Positions 1-11,708 of a stretch of 37,203 bases of DNA are shown piece after piece. The notes beneath the pieces are model-generated. The model saw nothing but the letters and a program-made list of their open reading frames with translations. It ran no database searches and was not told the DNA's origin. Both the position numbers and the translations under genes were made by a program. The DNA comes from Ignavibacteriales bacterium (GTDB lineage: Bacteria; Bacteroidota; Ignavibacteria; UBA10030; UBA6906): contig JBBIRR010000038.1 of assembly GCA_037441705.1 (NCBI GenBank), positions 1 to 37,203 on the forward strand, read 5' to 3'. Position 1 is the first letter of the stretch. Each line of letters starts with the position of its first letter.

Positions 1-981
1 AGCTACGTTCTTGCCGGATCGTTCTGCAGGTTTTTGATGGATACTTATGGCGTGCGGCCCGTCATGCTCGTGTATCGAACGAACGATTACGAAAAAGCCT
101 TCGGCAAGTCGCTGCACGCGCTCATCGACAAGTGGCATGCATTTCTCGGGACGATCCCCGTTGCCGACAGCGATCGTGACGCAGTGGATGTGTTGTTTCG
201 TCGCCCGCCGATTTTTCGGAAAGTGTGCGCGCGGGTGATTGCCGGACGAAACAAGGAGGCGGCCCGCGCGTTTGCTCAACGTGACTACCGTGCCGCGTCG
301 GCATTGTACCGACAATCCTTCGAGGAAGGGCGCGGCTACGAGGCGTTGAGCGGCTTCATGGCGAGCGCGTTACGCGCCGGGGATTTCGTGGCCGTCAGGG
401 CAATGTATGATTCCGTCATCAGCCGCAGCGAGAATCCCGTACAATACCTTCCTCTTTTTGTTCCTGCCGGACTTGCAGCGTGGGGTCTGGGTGATAGGCA
501 AACGGCAGCCGCGTTGTTTGCGCGCGTGCGCGCAGCCGATGTGAGCGAATCATTGACCGAGACTGCCGTCGTTTCCCTCACGGCGATGCAGGATTCGGCA
601 AACGCCGCCTTTCTGTTTCGCTATCTGACAACAACCACGGCGGACTCCGAGCGCATCGCTCTGCTGGACTCGTGCCTCAGCGATTCCGTGCATCATGTTC
701 TTCCGATCTATCTAAAAGGAAAGACGCTCGTGAGATTGAAGAGATGGAATGAAGGGGTTTCGCTCCTGCGTCGGCTGCACACCCTGCCTCCGCCGTTAGA
801 GGCGCATCGTCTCCGAACGATGGCTGCCGCGTCGTTTCGATTGCAGGAGTTCGAGGATGCCAGGGCGTACTTCTGGCGCTCATTGAACGTCGACGCCTCC
901 GAGGTTGCCCGATATCGCGTGGAAGAATGGATCGAGCGTTGCGACTGGAACAAACAATACTTCGCGCGCACCGAACGATGA
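1..981 (+). CDS. 5'-truncated protein with C-terminal TPR-like helical repeats (possibly the tail of a peptidase MA-like/TPR protein)
   Basis: Frame +1 is open from base 1 (SYVLAGSFCRFLMDTYG...), so the gene starts upstream of the window. Ala/Leu/Tyr-rich helical repeats (AFAQRDYRAASALYRQS, FRLQEFEDARAYFWRSL). The stop TGA overlaps the next ATG (ATGA at 978-981). Confidence 0.65.
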   Translation, partial: SYVLAGSFCRFLMDTYGVRPVMLVYRTNDYEKAFGKSLHALIDKWHAFLGTIPVADSDRDAVDVLFRRPPIFRKVCARVIAGRNKEAARAFAQRDYRAASALYRQSFEEGRGYEALSGFMASALRAGDFVAVRAMYDSVISRSENPVQYLPLFVPAGLAAWGLGDRQTAAALFARVRAADVSESLTETAVVSLTAMQDSANAAFLFRYLTTTTADSERIALLDSCLSDSVHHVLPIYLKGKTLVRLKRWNEGVSLLRRLHTLPPPLEAHRLRTMAAASFRLQEFEDARAYFWRSLNVDASEVARYRVEEWIERCDWNKQYFARTER

Positions 982-2345
982 CAGCCTTCAACACCCGCAG
1001 CAATGACACGGACCTCGACGAACGCGATGGCCGTTCGCGCTTTGCGCTCTTTGCCGCGGCAGTCGGCGTGTTGTTTGTCATCGTTGCGACGCCGTTAGAA
1101 ACCGCGCTCGTTCCGTTCGAGGCACTCCTGGGTATTGTGTATGCTTCCCCGGAGATCTCGCACGCGCTTGCGGGCATCTCCGGGAAATTTGCTGCTTCGT
1201 CGCGTGAGGACATCCTTCGCCTTCTCGTTTCGTCGGCAATCATTCCCATCAAGAAACTCGGTTTTCTGTTCTCGGTGGTGACGTTATTGACCTTCGCTTT
1301 GAGAAACGTCAGACGGGCCCCGTGGCTCTGGATCGGGTGGACCGGGAGGCTGCGCACAGCTCTCATGATGTCTCTGGTTCTTGCCTGCTGTGTTCTTCCG
1401 CTGCAGCTGCGCAGTCTCGGCGATTCGTACGCGCGAATGAGCCTCTCACCGTTTGAAGAACCGTCCGGCATTCTCTATCGTCGGCTGCTTATGCCGGCGT
1501 TCGGCAATCTCCTCGGTCTGAGCGGTTATCTCTTTTATCTTCTCTTCTCGCTCCTGCTGACAGTGCTTCTCATCTATCTCGTTCTGTCCTGGTTTGAGAA
1601 GAACGGCGTACGGCTATCGCGCGTCGTGATGATCTCGATGTTCACGTCAAGTTTCGTGCTCTACGGATTTGAACTGCCGGGATATCCGGACCACCTCGCC
1701 ATGGTTTTCTTCATGCTGATGATGCTCGTGCCGGACTCGCCCTATGGGCGATTGAGCTTCGCGGCGCTCTCGCTTGCGACACACGAGGCGAGCATTCTCA
1801 TGATCCTGCCTGCCGCATTGCTGATGTTTCCGAAGCGCGAACGCAACGGCGTTCTGCTGCTCACTGCTGCGTACTGTCTTGCCGCGATAGCCGGACAACG
1901 ATTTGATGTCGCCTCGCTTTTCTCTTCTCACCTGTATTTCGACGCAACCGGGATCAGCGCGTGGGAGTATCTGGCGGCGCAGCCCGTTCTTGCAGCACTC
2001 GGCGTGCTTGTTGCGTTCAAGCTGTTCTGGCTTGTCGGAATGCTCGCGGCCATCGGCGCTTGGCGGAACGCCGAGCGCCCGGTTGCGACGACGATTCTTG
2101 CCTTGATGCTTCTGCCGTTGATGCTCGTTCCGTTTGCCGTTGACACAAGCAGATTTGCAGGCTTCGGATTCTTCGGACTTCTCGTTGCGGTGCGGTATGC
2201 GATCGAGCATGAAGTGCTGAAGCCGAAGACGGTCATGGCGCTTTCGGTCGTGAACCTTCTCATCCCCTCTGTCTACATCGGTGTGAATAGTGGTGTGATG
2301 CTGTTTCCCGGTTTGTACCGCGTTGTGTATTGGTGGATGGCATAA
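978..2345 (+). CDS. Polytopic integral membrane protein, function unknown (possibly GT-C-like surface-glycan enzyme)
   Basis: Ten or more hydrophobic segments. ATGA coupling to the upstream gene. Lies directly upstream of a GT9 gene. Confidence 0.7.
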   Translation: MTAFNTRSNDTDLDERDGRSRFALFAAAVGVLFVIVATPLETALVPFEALLGIVYASPEISHALAGISGKFAASSREDILRLLVSSAIIPIKKLGFLFSVVTLLTFALRNVRRAPWLWIGWTGRLRTALMMSLVLACCVLPLQLRSLGDSYARMSLSPFEEPSGILYRRLLMPAFGNLLGLSGYLFYLLFSLLLTVLLIYLVLSWFEKNGVRLSRVVMISMFTSSFVLYGFELPGYPDHLAMVFFMLMMLVPDSPYGRLSFAALSLATHEASILMILPAALLMFPKRERNGVLLLTAAYCLAAIAGQRFDVASLFSSHLYFDATGISAWEYLAAQPVLAALGVLVAFKLFWLVGMLAAIGAWRNAERPVATTILALMLLPLMLVPFAVDTSRFAGFGFFGLLVAVRYAIEHEVLKPKTVMALSVVNLLIPSVYIGVNSGVMLFPGLYRVVYWWMA

Positions 2346-2362
2346 CGTCCTAAGGCCCCGCT

Positions 2363-3415
2363 ATGTTCTCGCGCATTCTCCTGACCCGCATGAAGTTTAT
2401 CGGCGATGTCGTGCTGACCACGCCGATTATCCGCTCGGTGCGCAACGCATTCCCCGACGCCTCCATCGCCTACATGGGCGATAGGCATGCCGTCTCGTTG
2501 CTCGAGCACAACCCGCATCTCGACGAGATCATCCCGTACGACTTCGCACGTCCAACCATCATCGAACAGCCGCGCGTGGCGTGGCAACTCCGGCGACGGA
2601 AGTTCGATCTCGCCATCGATCTGTTCAACAATCCTCGCAGCGCGCTGCTGACGTATGCAACGGGCGCGCGTGTACGCGTCGGCGCTGAACGCAGGGGTCG
2701 CGGCAGGCTCTACACGATCCAGGTGCGAGATGACGGCAAGCCGAAAACCGCCATAGAGTTTCACAACCAATTCCTGCGTGCGGTCGGTATCGAGCCGACC
2801 GCCTCGCGTCCGGAAATTTTCTTGCGGGAGGACGAACGACGCGAGGCGCGCATCTATTTGCAGTGGTTGGATTATGAGCACGCACCGCTCGACCTGCATC
2901 GCCCCATCGTCGGCATCCATCCCGGAGCGACATGGCCCGCCAAGCGTTGGCTGCCCGAACGCTTCGGTGCCCTTGCGGACATGCTCGCCGCCAAGACAAA
3001 CGCACAGATCATCATCACCGCAGGACCCGACGACGATGACGCTGTTGCCGCGATGCTCAAGCACTCCTTCGTCAACGCCAAGGTGCTGCGCAATCTCCCC
3101 CTCCGCCAGCTTGCCGCGGTGATCGCACACTGTTCGGCGTACGTCGCGAACGATAACGGCACGATGCACATTGCCGCAGCCGTCGGTGTACCGACGGTCG
3201 GCATCTTCGGTCCGGGCGAGGAAAACATCTGGTTCCCCTACTCATCGGCGGAGGGGCACACGGCCTTGCGACGCGATGTGCCGTGCCATCCCTGTCATCT
3301 CAATGTTTGTAACAGAGAGGGAGAAGAGTTTATGGCGTGTATGAAGTTGTTGGATGTGGATGAAGTGTTCGCTGCGGTCGAGCGCGCTCTCGCCCATCGC
3401 CGGACACCTGCGTGA
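2363..3415 (+). CDS. Glycosyltransferase family 9 (ADP-heptose:LPS heptosyltransferase-like)
   Basis: GT9 motifs ILL..IGDVVLTTP, GIHPGATWPAKRW and NDNGTMHIAAAVGVPTVGIFGP, plus a C-terminal CHPC. Confidence 0.92.
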   Translation: MFSRILLTRMKFIGDVVLTTPIIRSVRNAFPDASIAYMGDRHAVSLLEHNPHLDEIIPYDFARPTIIEQPRVAWQLRRRKFDLAIDLFNNPRSALLTYATGARVRVGAERRGRGRLYTIQVRDDGKPKTAIEFHNQFLRAVGIEPTASRPEIFLREDERREARIYLQWLDYEHAPLDLHRPIVGIHPGATWPAKRWLPERFGALADMLAAKTNAQIIITAGPDDDDAVAAMLKHSFVNAKVLRNLPLRQLAAVIAHCSAYVANDNGTMHIAAAVGVPTVGIFGPGEENIWFPYSSAEGHTALRRDVPCHPCHLNVCNREGEEFMACMKLLDVDEVFAAVERALAHRRTPA

Positions 3416-3462
3416 AGCGTAACGCCGTACATTGATTTTCTTTTCTCTTTTGGCGTACTTGA

Positions 3463-4800
<1,338 letters not shown>

Positions 4801-4881
4801 CGCCCCTCGGGCACTGCACACCCGGCATCGTCGAGCAATGAAAGCGAACTTTCAATTCCCGATGGCGATAAAATCCAAGAT

Positions 4882-4918
4882 AAACAAAGAAGCCGCTGGG
4901 AGCGACCCAAGCGGCTTC
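4882..4918 (-). terminator. Intrinsic terminator-like hairpin oriented for minus-strand transcription
   Basis: Stem GAAGCCGCT-GGG / CCC-A-AGCGGCTTC (4889-4918). On the minus strand it is followed by TTTGTTT; on the plus strand it is followed by A's, not T's. Confidence 0.65.
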
Positions 4919-5275
4919 AAAAATCAACCACCAGCTACAGCCCATTCGGGCTTTGACTGGTTCACCAATAGTATAAGAACCTAAAACAGTAAAAGCAAAT
5001 CTAAGCAAATCTAATGTGAGGATTTACCGCAGCAATCCAAGAGATAATGTCAGTTGTCTCCAACCAGGTTGGGCTTCTTCTCGCTAGCCAAGGCGCCGTA
5101 GAGGAAATGAGATTCGGTGATGAGAAAAGAATGTGTAATGCAGTTCTTTGTCCGAGAAGGAAAAGCTCGTTTGGCGGAGATGCTTAAGAGAACAAATGCT
5201 GAATCAAGTTTTGTAACAAGGAACTCACAAGCTCAAATTAGATACAGCAGCACATCAACAATATTCACGAAGCAT

Positions 5276-6697
5276 ATGCCCACACCCATTACCTTCGGCA
5301 CGGACGGCTGGCGCGGGAAGATTGCGGAGGACTATACATTCGATAACCTCCGCCGCTGCGCGCAAGGGTTTGCCGACTATTTGAAGTCCAAATATCCTTC
5401 AGACCAACTCAGGCGTGGCGTCGTCATCGGCGGCGATCGGCGATTCAACTCCGAGCATTTCGCTGCGGCCGCGGCGGAAGTGCTGGCCGCCAACGGCATT
5501 CCGGTGCATTTCTGCGGCGGAGGCGTGCCTACGCCGGTCATTTCGTTCAGCGTCAAAGCGCGCAACGCCATCGGAGCCATCAACATCACCGCAAGCCACA
5601 ATCCGCCGACCGATAACGGCTTCAAGGTGCGTGATGAGAACGGAGGGGCGATTGACCCCGAGGGACTCAAGAAGATCGAGCAACTCATCCCGCCCGACGC
5701 TGCCGGAGTCAAGCGCATCAAATTCGACGACGGCGTTTCATCCGGAATGATCCGGACATTCAGTGCCGATGAGCAGTACATCGAGCAGATCAAGAAGCTT
5801 GTTGATCTGGAGCCGATCAAGCAGGCGGGTTTCAAAGTGCTGGTCGATCCGATGTGGGGCAACGGCGCGGGATGGTTCACGCGTCTTCTCTCAGGCGGCA
5901 AGACGCAGATCATCGAGATTCACAGCGAGCGCAATCCCATCTTTCCGGAAATGCATCGGCCGGAGCCGATCCCACCCAATGTTGATGCCGGACTGAAGAA
6001 GGGCAAGGAGATAGGAGCCGACGTCGTCCTGATTACCGACGGCGATGCCGACCGCTGCGGTCTGGGGGATGAGAACGGCCAGTTCATCGATCAACTGCGC
6101 GTGTATGCTTTGCTTGCGTTGTATCTGTTAGAAGTGCGCGGCGAGCGGGGAGCCATCGTCAAGACGCTTTCGACCACCTCGATGCTCGAAGCGCTGGGCA
6201 AGCTCTACAACGTGCCGGTGTACGAGACGGGCGTCGGTTTCAAGTATGTTGCGCCGAAGATGCTGGAAACCAATGCGATGATCGGCGGCGAGGAGAGCGG
6301 CGGCTACGCGTTTCGCGGTCATGTGCCCGAGCGCGACGGGATTCTTGCCAATCTCTACTTTCTCGATTTTATGGTCAGAACGAAAATGAAACCATCGCAG
6401 CTCTTGCGCATGTTGTTCGAGAAGGTGGGCGAGCATCATTACGGTCGCATTGACAAAGTGGTGGAACCGCATGAGAAGGACGGGATGCTTGCGAAACTGA
6501 AATCCGACGCGCCGAAACAGCTTGCGGGAATAGACGTCGTGCAGACGATTACGACGGATGGGTACAAGTTTATGCTCAGAGACGGAAGCTGGGTGCTTAT
6601 TCGTTTCTCAGGAACCGAGCCGCTGATTCGGTTCTATGCCGAGGCGGCAAGCGCACAGCACGTCCAGGCTCTGCTGAACGCAGCGGTCAAGCACTAA
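5276..6697 (+). CDS. Phosphoglucomutase/phosphomannomutase family protein
   Basis: FGTDGWRG, catalytic TASHNP, metal-binding DGDADR, sugar-binding GEESGG, RFSGTEP. True start is likely ATG 5276; the ORF track extends into AT-rich intergenic DNA. Confidence 0.96.
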   Translation: MPTPITFGTDGWRGKIAEDYTFDNLRRCAQGFADYLKSKYPSDQLRRGVVIGGDRRFNSEHFAAAAAEVLAANGIPVHFCGGGVPTPVISFSVKARNAIGAINITASHNPPTDNGFKVRDENGGAIDPEGLKKIEQLIPPDAAGVKRIKFDDGVSSGMIRTFSADEQYIEQIKKLVDLEPIKQAGFKVLVDPMWGNGAGWFTRLLSGGKTQIIEIHSERNPIFPEMHRPEPIPPNVDAGLKKGKEIGADVVLITDGDADRCGLGDENGQFIDQLRVYALLALYLLEVRGERGAIVKTLSTTSMLEALGKLYNVPVYETGVGFKYVAPKMLETNAMIGGEESGGYAFRGHVPERDGILANLYFLDFMVRTKMKPSQLLRMLFEKVGEHHYGRIDKVVEPHEKDGMLAKLKSDAPKQLAGIDVVQTITTDGYKFMLRDGSWVLIRFSGTEPLIRFYAEAASAQHVQALLNAAVKH

Positions 6698-6706
6698 CGG
6701 GAAGGT

Positions 6707-8044
6707 ATGACGACCATGAGAGAAATGCCTGCAACAATGTACTACACCATCATGCCCGACGGCACGGTGAAGCAGGTGAACCCCTTCACGGGCACGGAGG
6801 TGTGGGCGGTCGCCGGCCGGCGCAGCAAGCCGATTCTCAACGAAACGGTTGCAGAGCCGCAGCGCCTGCAGAAGCGTGTACCGGAGGATTACTGCAGCTT
6901 CTGCGAAGCGCGCTACCTCGAGACGGCGCCGGAGAAGGCGCGTCTGGTTCGCCATCCCGACGGACGATGGGAGCAAATCATGAAGCCGCCGCCCGACACC
7001 TATTTTCACACCACGGCGGAATTCCGACGCGTCGGGAATTTGTTTGAGATTGTCACACTCGACTACTGGCGAAAGAATTATGCGTATAAGATGACGGCCG
7101 CGCAGCAGCGCTGGAAGGAAGAGTATCTTGCCAATCCGACGGGGCTGAAGCACCTGACGGACATCATCAATTACAAGCTGCAGCGCGAGGGAAAAACCGA
7201 GGAGCAGATGGAAAAGATGACGATGGCCGAGCGTCTTGCGCTTGCCGACGCGTTCTTCGGCGGCTGTCACGAGATGATCATCGCACGCAGGCACTATCGT
7301 GAAGATGCCCAGTATGATTCGGACCTGTTTTCCTCCGGAGAAATGACGTTGGAGGAGCACTTCCAGTACTTCCGCTTTACCATTGATGCGATGCGAGACA
7401 TCACGGCCTCCAATCGGTATGTCCGCTACATCAGCGTGTTTCAGAACTGGCTGCGGCCGGCGGGCGCATCGTTCGATCATCTGCACAAGCAGCTCGTTGC
7501 AATTGACGAATGGGGTTCGTCCATCGAGCAGCAGACCAAGATGATCCGTGATGACCCGAACGTGTACAACCAGTTCGGCGCAAACTTCGCCGCGCACCAC
7601 AACCTCGTGTTTGCGGAGAACGACTTCGCTCTTGCGTACGCCGGCATCGGTCACCGCTATCCCACCATCGAAATCTACTCGAAGTCACACGCGGGCCGGC
7701 CCTACGAACACTCCGATGAGGAGATTCGAGGCGTGAGCAATCTTGTGCATGCCATTCATGCCGCGATGGGAAGTCAGATCTCCTGCAACGAGGAGTGGTA
7801 CTACACGCCGATCGACGCCGTGTACAAGATGCCCTGGCATGTGCTCATCAAATGGCGTGTCACCGTTCCGGCAGGGTTCGAAGGCGGGACCGGCATCTTC
7901 ATCAATCCGATGACGCCGATCGAGGTGCGTGATCGGATGGTGCCGCGTCTGTACAAACTGCGCGACGAAGGAAAGATTGATCGGATCCGTATCGCCGAGG
8001 AATGCCGCGTCGACCCGAATCCCCTCAGGTACTACATGCGTTGA
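6707..8044 (+). CDS. DUF4921-family protein, GalT/HIT-like nucleotidylyltransferase fold
   Basis: N-terminal MPDGTVKQVNPFTGTEVW, CSFC, and FQNW...AGASFDHLHKQ, which resembles the GalT GASxxHxHxQ motif. C-terminal AGFEGGTGIFIN. Starts 9 nt after the mutase stop. Confidence 0.8.
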   Translation: MTTMREMPATMYYTIMPDGTVKQVNPFTGTEVWAVAGRRSKPILNETVAEPQRLQKRVPEDYCSFCEARYLETAPEKARLVRHPDGRWEQIMKPPPDTYFHTTAEFRRVGNLFEIVTLDYWRKNYAYKMTAAQQRWKEEYLANPTGLKHLTDIINYKLQREGKTEEQMEKMTMAERLALADAFFGGCHEMIIARRHYREDAQYDSDLFSSGEMTLEEHFQYFRFTIDAMRDITASNRYVRYISVFQNWLRPAGASFDHLHKQLVAIDEWGSSIEQQTKMIRDDPNVYNQFGANFAAHHNLVFAENDFALAYAGIGHRYPTIEIYSKSHAGRPYEHSDEEIRGVSNLVHAIHAAMGSQISCNEEWYYTPIDAVYKMPWHVLIKWRVTVPAGFEGGTGIFINPMTPIEVRDRMVPRLYKLRDEGKIDRIRIAEECRVDPNPLRYYMR

Positions 8045-8140
8045 GGCATGTCCAGGAACGCGGAACCGAGAGGGCGCTGCCGCTTTACTTCCTGCCGGCG
8101 GCCTTTCCTTCCTTTTTTCCATTGCTGATATTTGTGGTGA

Positions 8141-10138
8141 ATGATTTCTGCGATTAACATCTCCCTGCACTTCGGGGAAAGGGCCGTGCTCAAGGAGGTC
8201 TCCTTCCGCATTGGCGCGCGCGATCGCATCGGACTTGTCGGCTCCAACGGCGCCGGCAAAACGACGCTGCTGAAGGTGCTACTGGGTGAGATACAGCCGG
8301 ACGCCGGCGAGATTGCCAAAGCAAAGTACGTCACGGTGGGCTACCTGCCGCAAGAAGGACAGCACGTGGAAGGACGCACTCTTTACCACGAAGTCGAGAC
8401 GGCTTTCGGTGATGTGCTCGAAACGCAGCAGCGACTTGACGATGTTCATCGCCGAATGTCCGAACTGGCCGACCACGAGAGTGAGGAGTTCCGGGAGCTG
8501 CTCGACCTCTACGGCGAGTTGCAGCATAAGCTGGAGGACAGCGATGCCTTCCGCATGCAGATGAAAATCGAGAAAGTTCTTCTGGGTCTCGGCTTCACGG
8601 TGGGCGACCTGCAGCGACCGACCGCCGAGTTCAGCGGCGGCTGGCAGATGCGCATTGCATTGGCAAAGCTGCTTCTCCTTCAACCCTCACTCCTTCTGCT
8701 GGACGAGCCGACGAATCACCTCGACCTTGACTCGCTCCAGTGGCTTGAAGGCTATCTGCAGTCGTACGAGGGCGCCGTCATGATCGTCTCCCACGATCGC
8801 CGCTTTCTCGACAACATGACAACGAAGACCTACGAACTAAGCCTCGGCACGCTTACGGAGTACGCGGGGAACTTCAGTTTCTACATCAAACAGAAGGACG
8901 AGCGCAAGCAACAGACGCTTGCCGCGTACAAAAATCAGCAAGAGTACATCAAACAAACCGAGCGGTTCATCGAGCGCTTCCGCTACAAGGCCACGAAAGC
9001 ACGGCAGGTACAGAGCCGCATCAAGATGTTGGAGAAGATGGAACGCGTGGAACTTGAGGAAGAAGAAAGCGGCATTCATTTTACGTTCCCGCCGGCGCCC
9101 CCGAGCGGCAGAAGTGTGATGGAGCTGCGCGGGATTTCCAAACGGTATGGCCCGAAGAGCCTCTTCGACCATCTCGACTTCGACATTGATCGCGGCGATC
9201 GGATTGCGTTTGTCGGTGTAAACGGTGCGGGCAAATCCACGCTCTCGCGCATCATTGCAGGCGTCGAGCCGTTCGATGGCGGCGAGCGGAAAGTCGGGCA
9301 CAACGTCATCATCTCCTACTACGCCCAGCATCAGGCGGATGAGCTGAATCCCTCGCATGACGTGTTGACGACCGTGGATGAGGTCGCCGTGGGAGACATC
9401 CGGAAGCGCCTGCGCACGCTCCTCGGTTGCTTTCTCTTCAGCGGTGATGATGTGTTCAAGCGTGTCGGCGTGCTCTCCGGCGGCGAGAAGAGCAGGCTGG
9501 CGTTAGCCAAGATGCTGCTTCAACCCGCCAACCTGTTGGTGCTGGACGAACCCACGAACCATCTTGACATGCGTTCGAAGGCAGTGCTGCAGGAGGCGTT
9601 GAAAACCTTCGAGGGGAGTTACGTTGTTGTCTCGCACGACCGTGATTTTCTTGATCCGATCGTCAACAAGGTTGTCGAGTTCCGCCGAAACGATGCGTCC
9701 GACGGTACGGCAACGATTCGCGTCTACCCGGGCAATCTGAGCGATTATCTTTACGCGAAACAGAAAGAGCTCGCGGCGATCGAGGAGGCGGCGCCGGAGC
9801 AGCGCCGTGCGAGCGCGCACCGACTTTCGGAGAAACAGCGCAAACGCCTCGAAGCAGAAGAGCGGCAGCAGCGCTATCGGCTTCTCAGACCGATCCAGGA
9901 GAAGATCGAGCAAACCGAACGCGAAATCGAAACACACGAGAAGCGGAAAGCCGAACTTCAAGAGCTGATGAGTCGCCCCGATGTTTACAAAGACGGTGAG
10001 ACGATGAAGCAGGTGACGGCAGAGTACAAAACCATCGAGCGGGCGTTGGAAGATGCGTACTTCAGATGGGGCACGCTGACGAAGGAGCTGGAACAGGTAA
10101 CGAGAAAGGAAAACTTTCCGCGCGCGAAGCACGCATGA
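8141..10138 (+). CDS. ABC-F family ATPase (ribosome-associated, Uup/YheS-like) with C-terminal coiled coil
   Basis: Two NBDs (GSNGAGKT, FSGGWQMR, LLLDEPTNHLD; GVNGAGKS, LSGGEKSR, LDEPTNHLD). No TM segments. Confidence 0.95.
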   Translation: MISAINISLHFGERAVLKEVSFRIGARDRIGLVGSNGAGKTTLLKVLLGEIQPDAGEIAKAKYVTVGYLPQEGQHVEGRTLYHEVETAFGDVLETQQRLDDVHRRMSELADHESEEFRELLDLYGELQHKLEDSDAFRMQMKIEKVLLGLGFTVGDLQRPTAEFSGGWQMRIALAKLLLLQPSLLLLDEPTNHLDLDSLQWLEGYLQSYEGAVMIVSHDRRFLDNMTTKTYELSLGTLTEYAGNFSFYIKQKDERKQQTLAAYKNQQEYIKQTERFIERFRYKATKARQVQSRIKMLEKMERVELEEEESGIHFTFPPAPPSGRSVMELRGISKRYGPKSLFDHLDFDIDRGDRIAFVGVNGAGKSTLSRIIAGVEPFDGGERKVGHNVIISYYAQHQADELNPSHDVLTTVDEVAVGDIRKRLRTLLGCFLFSGDDVFKRVGVLSGGEKSRLALAKMLLQPANLLVLDEPTNHLDMRSKAVLQEALKTFEGSYVVVSHDRDFLDPIVNKVVEFRRNDASDGTATIRVYPGNLSDYLYAKQKELAAIEEAAPEQRRASAHRLSEKQRKRLEAEERQQRYRLLRPIQEKIEQTEREIETHEKRKAELQELMSRPDVYKDGETMKQVTAEYKTIERALEDAYFRWGTLTKELEQVTRKENFPRAKHA

Positions 10139-11547
10139 CCCGCGGTGACGAACTCACACTCACGCTCGAGTCCTTTGCCTTCGAAGGGAAGTCGGTTGCC
10201 CGCCACAACGGACAGGTTGTGTTTGTGCACGGCGGCGTACCGGGCGACGTGGCGAGAGTACGGCTCACCAGAGTGAAGAAGCGGTTTGTTGAGGCGGAGC
10301 TTGTCGAGCTTCTCACTCCTTCGCCGCTGCGTACCGAGCCGCGATGCAAACACTTCGGCATTTGCGGTGGCTGCAAGTGGCAGCATGTGGACTACCAGGC
10401 GCAGCTCGAGTTCAAGCGACAGCACGTTGTTGACGCGCTGGAGCGCATCGGCGGATTTACAGGCATAGCCGTTAACCCTACGCTCGGCTCGGAGAACATC
10501 TACCACTATCGCAACAAGATGGAGTTTTCCTTCGGCGAGGCATGGCTTCCCCGCCACGAACATGAATCCCGAATCCAGAATCGGCCATCGTCTCCCGTGG
10601 GTTTTGGTCTCGGTCTCCACCCTGCCGGTTTGTACCAGAAGGTTCTCGACCTCGAAGAGTGTCATCTCCCACCCGAAGAGGCGATGCGCATTGTCGACGC
10701 GGTTCGTACGTTTGCGCGTGAGCTGCAACTTTCGATTTATTCCACAAAAACACACGAAGGGTATCTGCGCAATCTCGTTCTCCGACACAGCACCTCGACC
10801 GGCGAGCTGATGGTGAATCTCGTGACCTCCGATGACCGGCCCGATGTTCTCTCGGCTCTCAGCTCGCGGTTGATCGCGGCAATCCCTTCGATCTCCACAA
10901 TCGTCAACAACATCACGCAGCGTAAGAACCTCGTTGCAAGAGGCGATTACGAGAAGGTGTATTATGGTTCGGGTTTCATAACCGAAACCATTGGCAAGCG
11001 CGCGTACCGAATCTCCGCAAACTCATTCTTTCAGACGAACACACGGCAGGCGGAGCGTCTGTACGATGTTGTGAAGGAGATGGCCGATCTTCGACCAACG
11101 GATGTGGTGTTTGATCTGTACTCGGGAACGGGCACGATTGCGCTGCATCTTGCCGACGAAGTGCAGGAGGTGGTGGGCGTGGAAAGCGTCCAGGCCGCGG
11201 TGGAGGACGCCGAGATGAATGCGCGGGCCAACGGCGTTGCCAACTGCACGTTTGTGTTGGGCGACTTGAAGGACCGCCTCACGAAAGATACGTCGTGGTT
11301 AGAGAACCATCCCGCACCGGCGATCGTGATTCTTGATCCGCCGCGGGCAGGGATGCACGAGAAGGTTGTGACGGAAGTCTTACGCCTTCGGCCGGAGCGC
11401 ATCGTGTATGTAAGCTGCAACCCGACGACGCAAGCGCGCGACCTGAAGCTGATGGCTGGGGCATACCGGATCGTCGCTGTGCAACCGGTGGATATGTTCC
11501 CGCACACATACCACGTGGAAACCGTTGTCAGTCTGCGCCGTGCGTGA
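10135..11547 (+). CDS. rlmD: 23S rRNA (uracil-1939-C5)-methyltransferase
   Basis: TRAM N-terminus, CKHFGICGGC Fe-S motif, SFFQTN, DLYSGTG, DPPRAG, YVSCNP, DMFPHTYHVE. ATGA overlap with the ABC-F stop. Confidence 0.93.
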   Translation: MTRGDELTLTLESFAFEGKSVARHNGQVVFVHGGVPGDVARVRLTRVKKRFVEAELVELLTPSPLRTEPRCKHFGICGGCKWQHVDYQAQLEFKRQHVVDALERIGGFTGIAVNPTLGSENIYHYRNKMEFSFGEAWLPRHEHESRIQNRPSSPVGFGLGLHPAGLYQKVLDLEECHLPPEEAMRIVDAVRTFARELQLSIYSTKTHEGYLRNLVLRHSTSTGELMVNLVTSDDRPDVLSALSSRLIAAIPSISTIVNNITQRKNLVARGDYEKVYYGSGFITETIGKRAYRISANSFFQTNTRQAERLYDVVKEMADLRPTDVVFDLYSGTGTIALHLADEVQEVVGVESVQAAVEDAEMNARANGVANCTFVLGDLKDRLTKDTSWLENHPAPAIVILDPPRAGMHEKVVTEVLRLRPERIVYVSCNPTTQARDLKLMAGAYRIVAVQPVDMFPHTYHVETVVSLRRA

Positions 11548-11708
11548 CCGGACGCGGTCCCAACGTTGGCGCAGGCTCAGCCTCAGCTTGCGATAAAGGC
11601 TCCCGCCCCGGTTGGAACAGATGTGCGTTTCTCCATTGATTTTCTGCGAAGCGAAGTCTATCTTGACGAAGCACCTTTGCCCCTTTCCATCTCCAAGACC
11701 ACAGGTTC

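Noticed and set aside
5117-5275. 53-aa N-terminal extension of the phosphohexomutase in the ORF track (likewise extensions at 927, 10066, 14012, 19741, 20869, 21649, 23157, 35039)
   Set aside because: Family homology starts at downstream ATGs, most of which have SD sites or stop/start overlaps. The extensions cross intergenic DNA or upstream genes.
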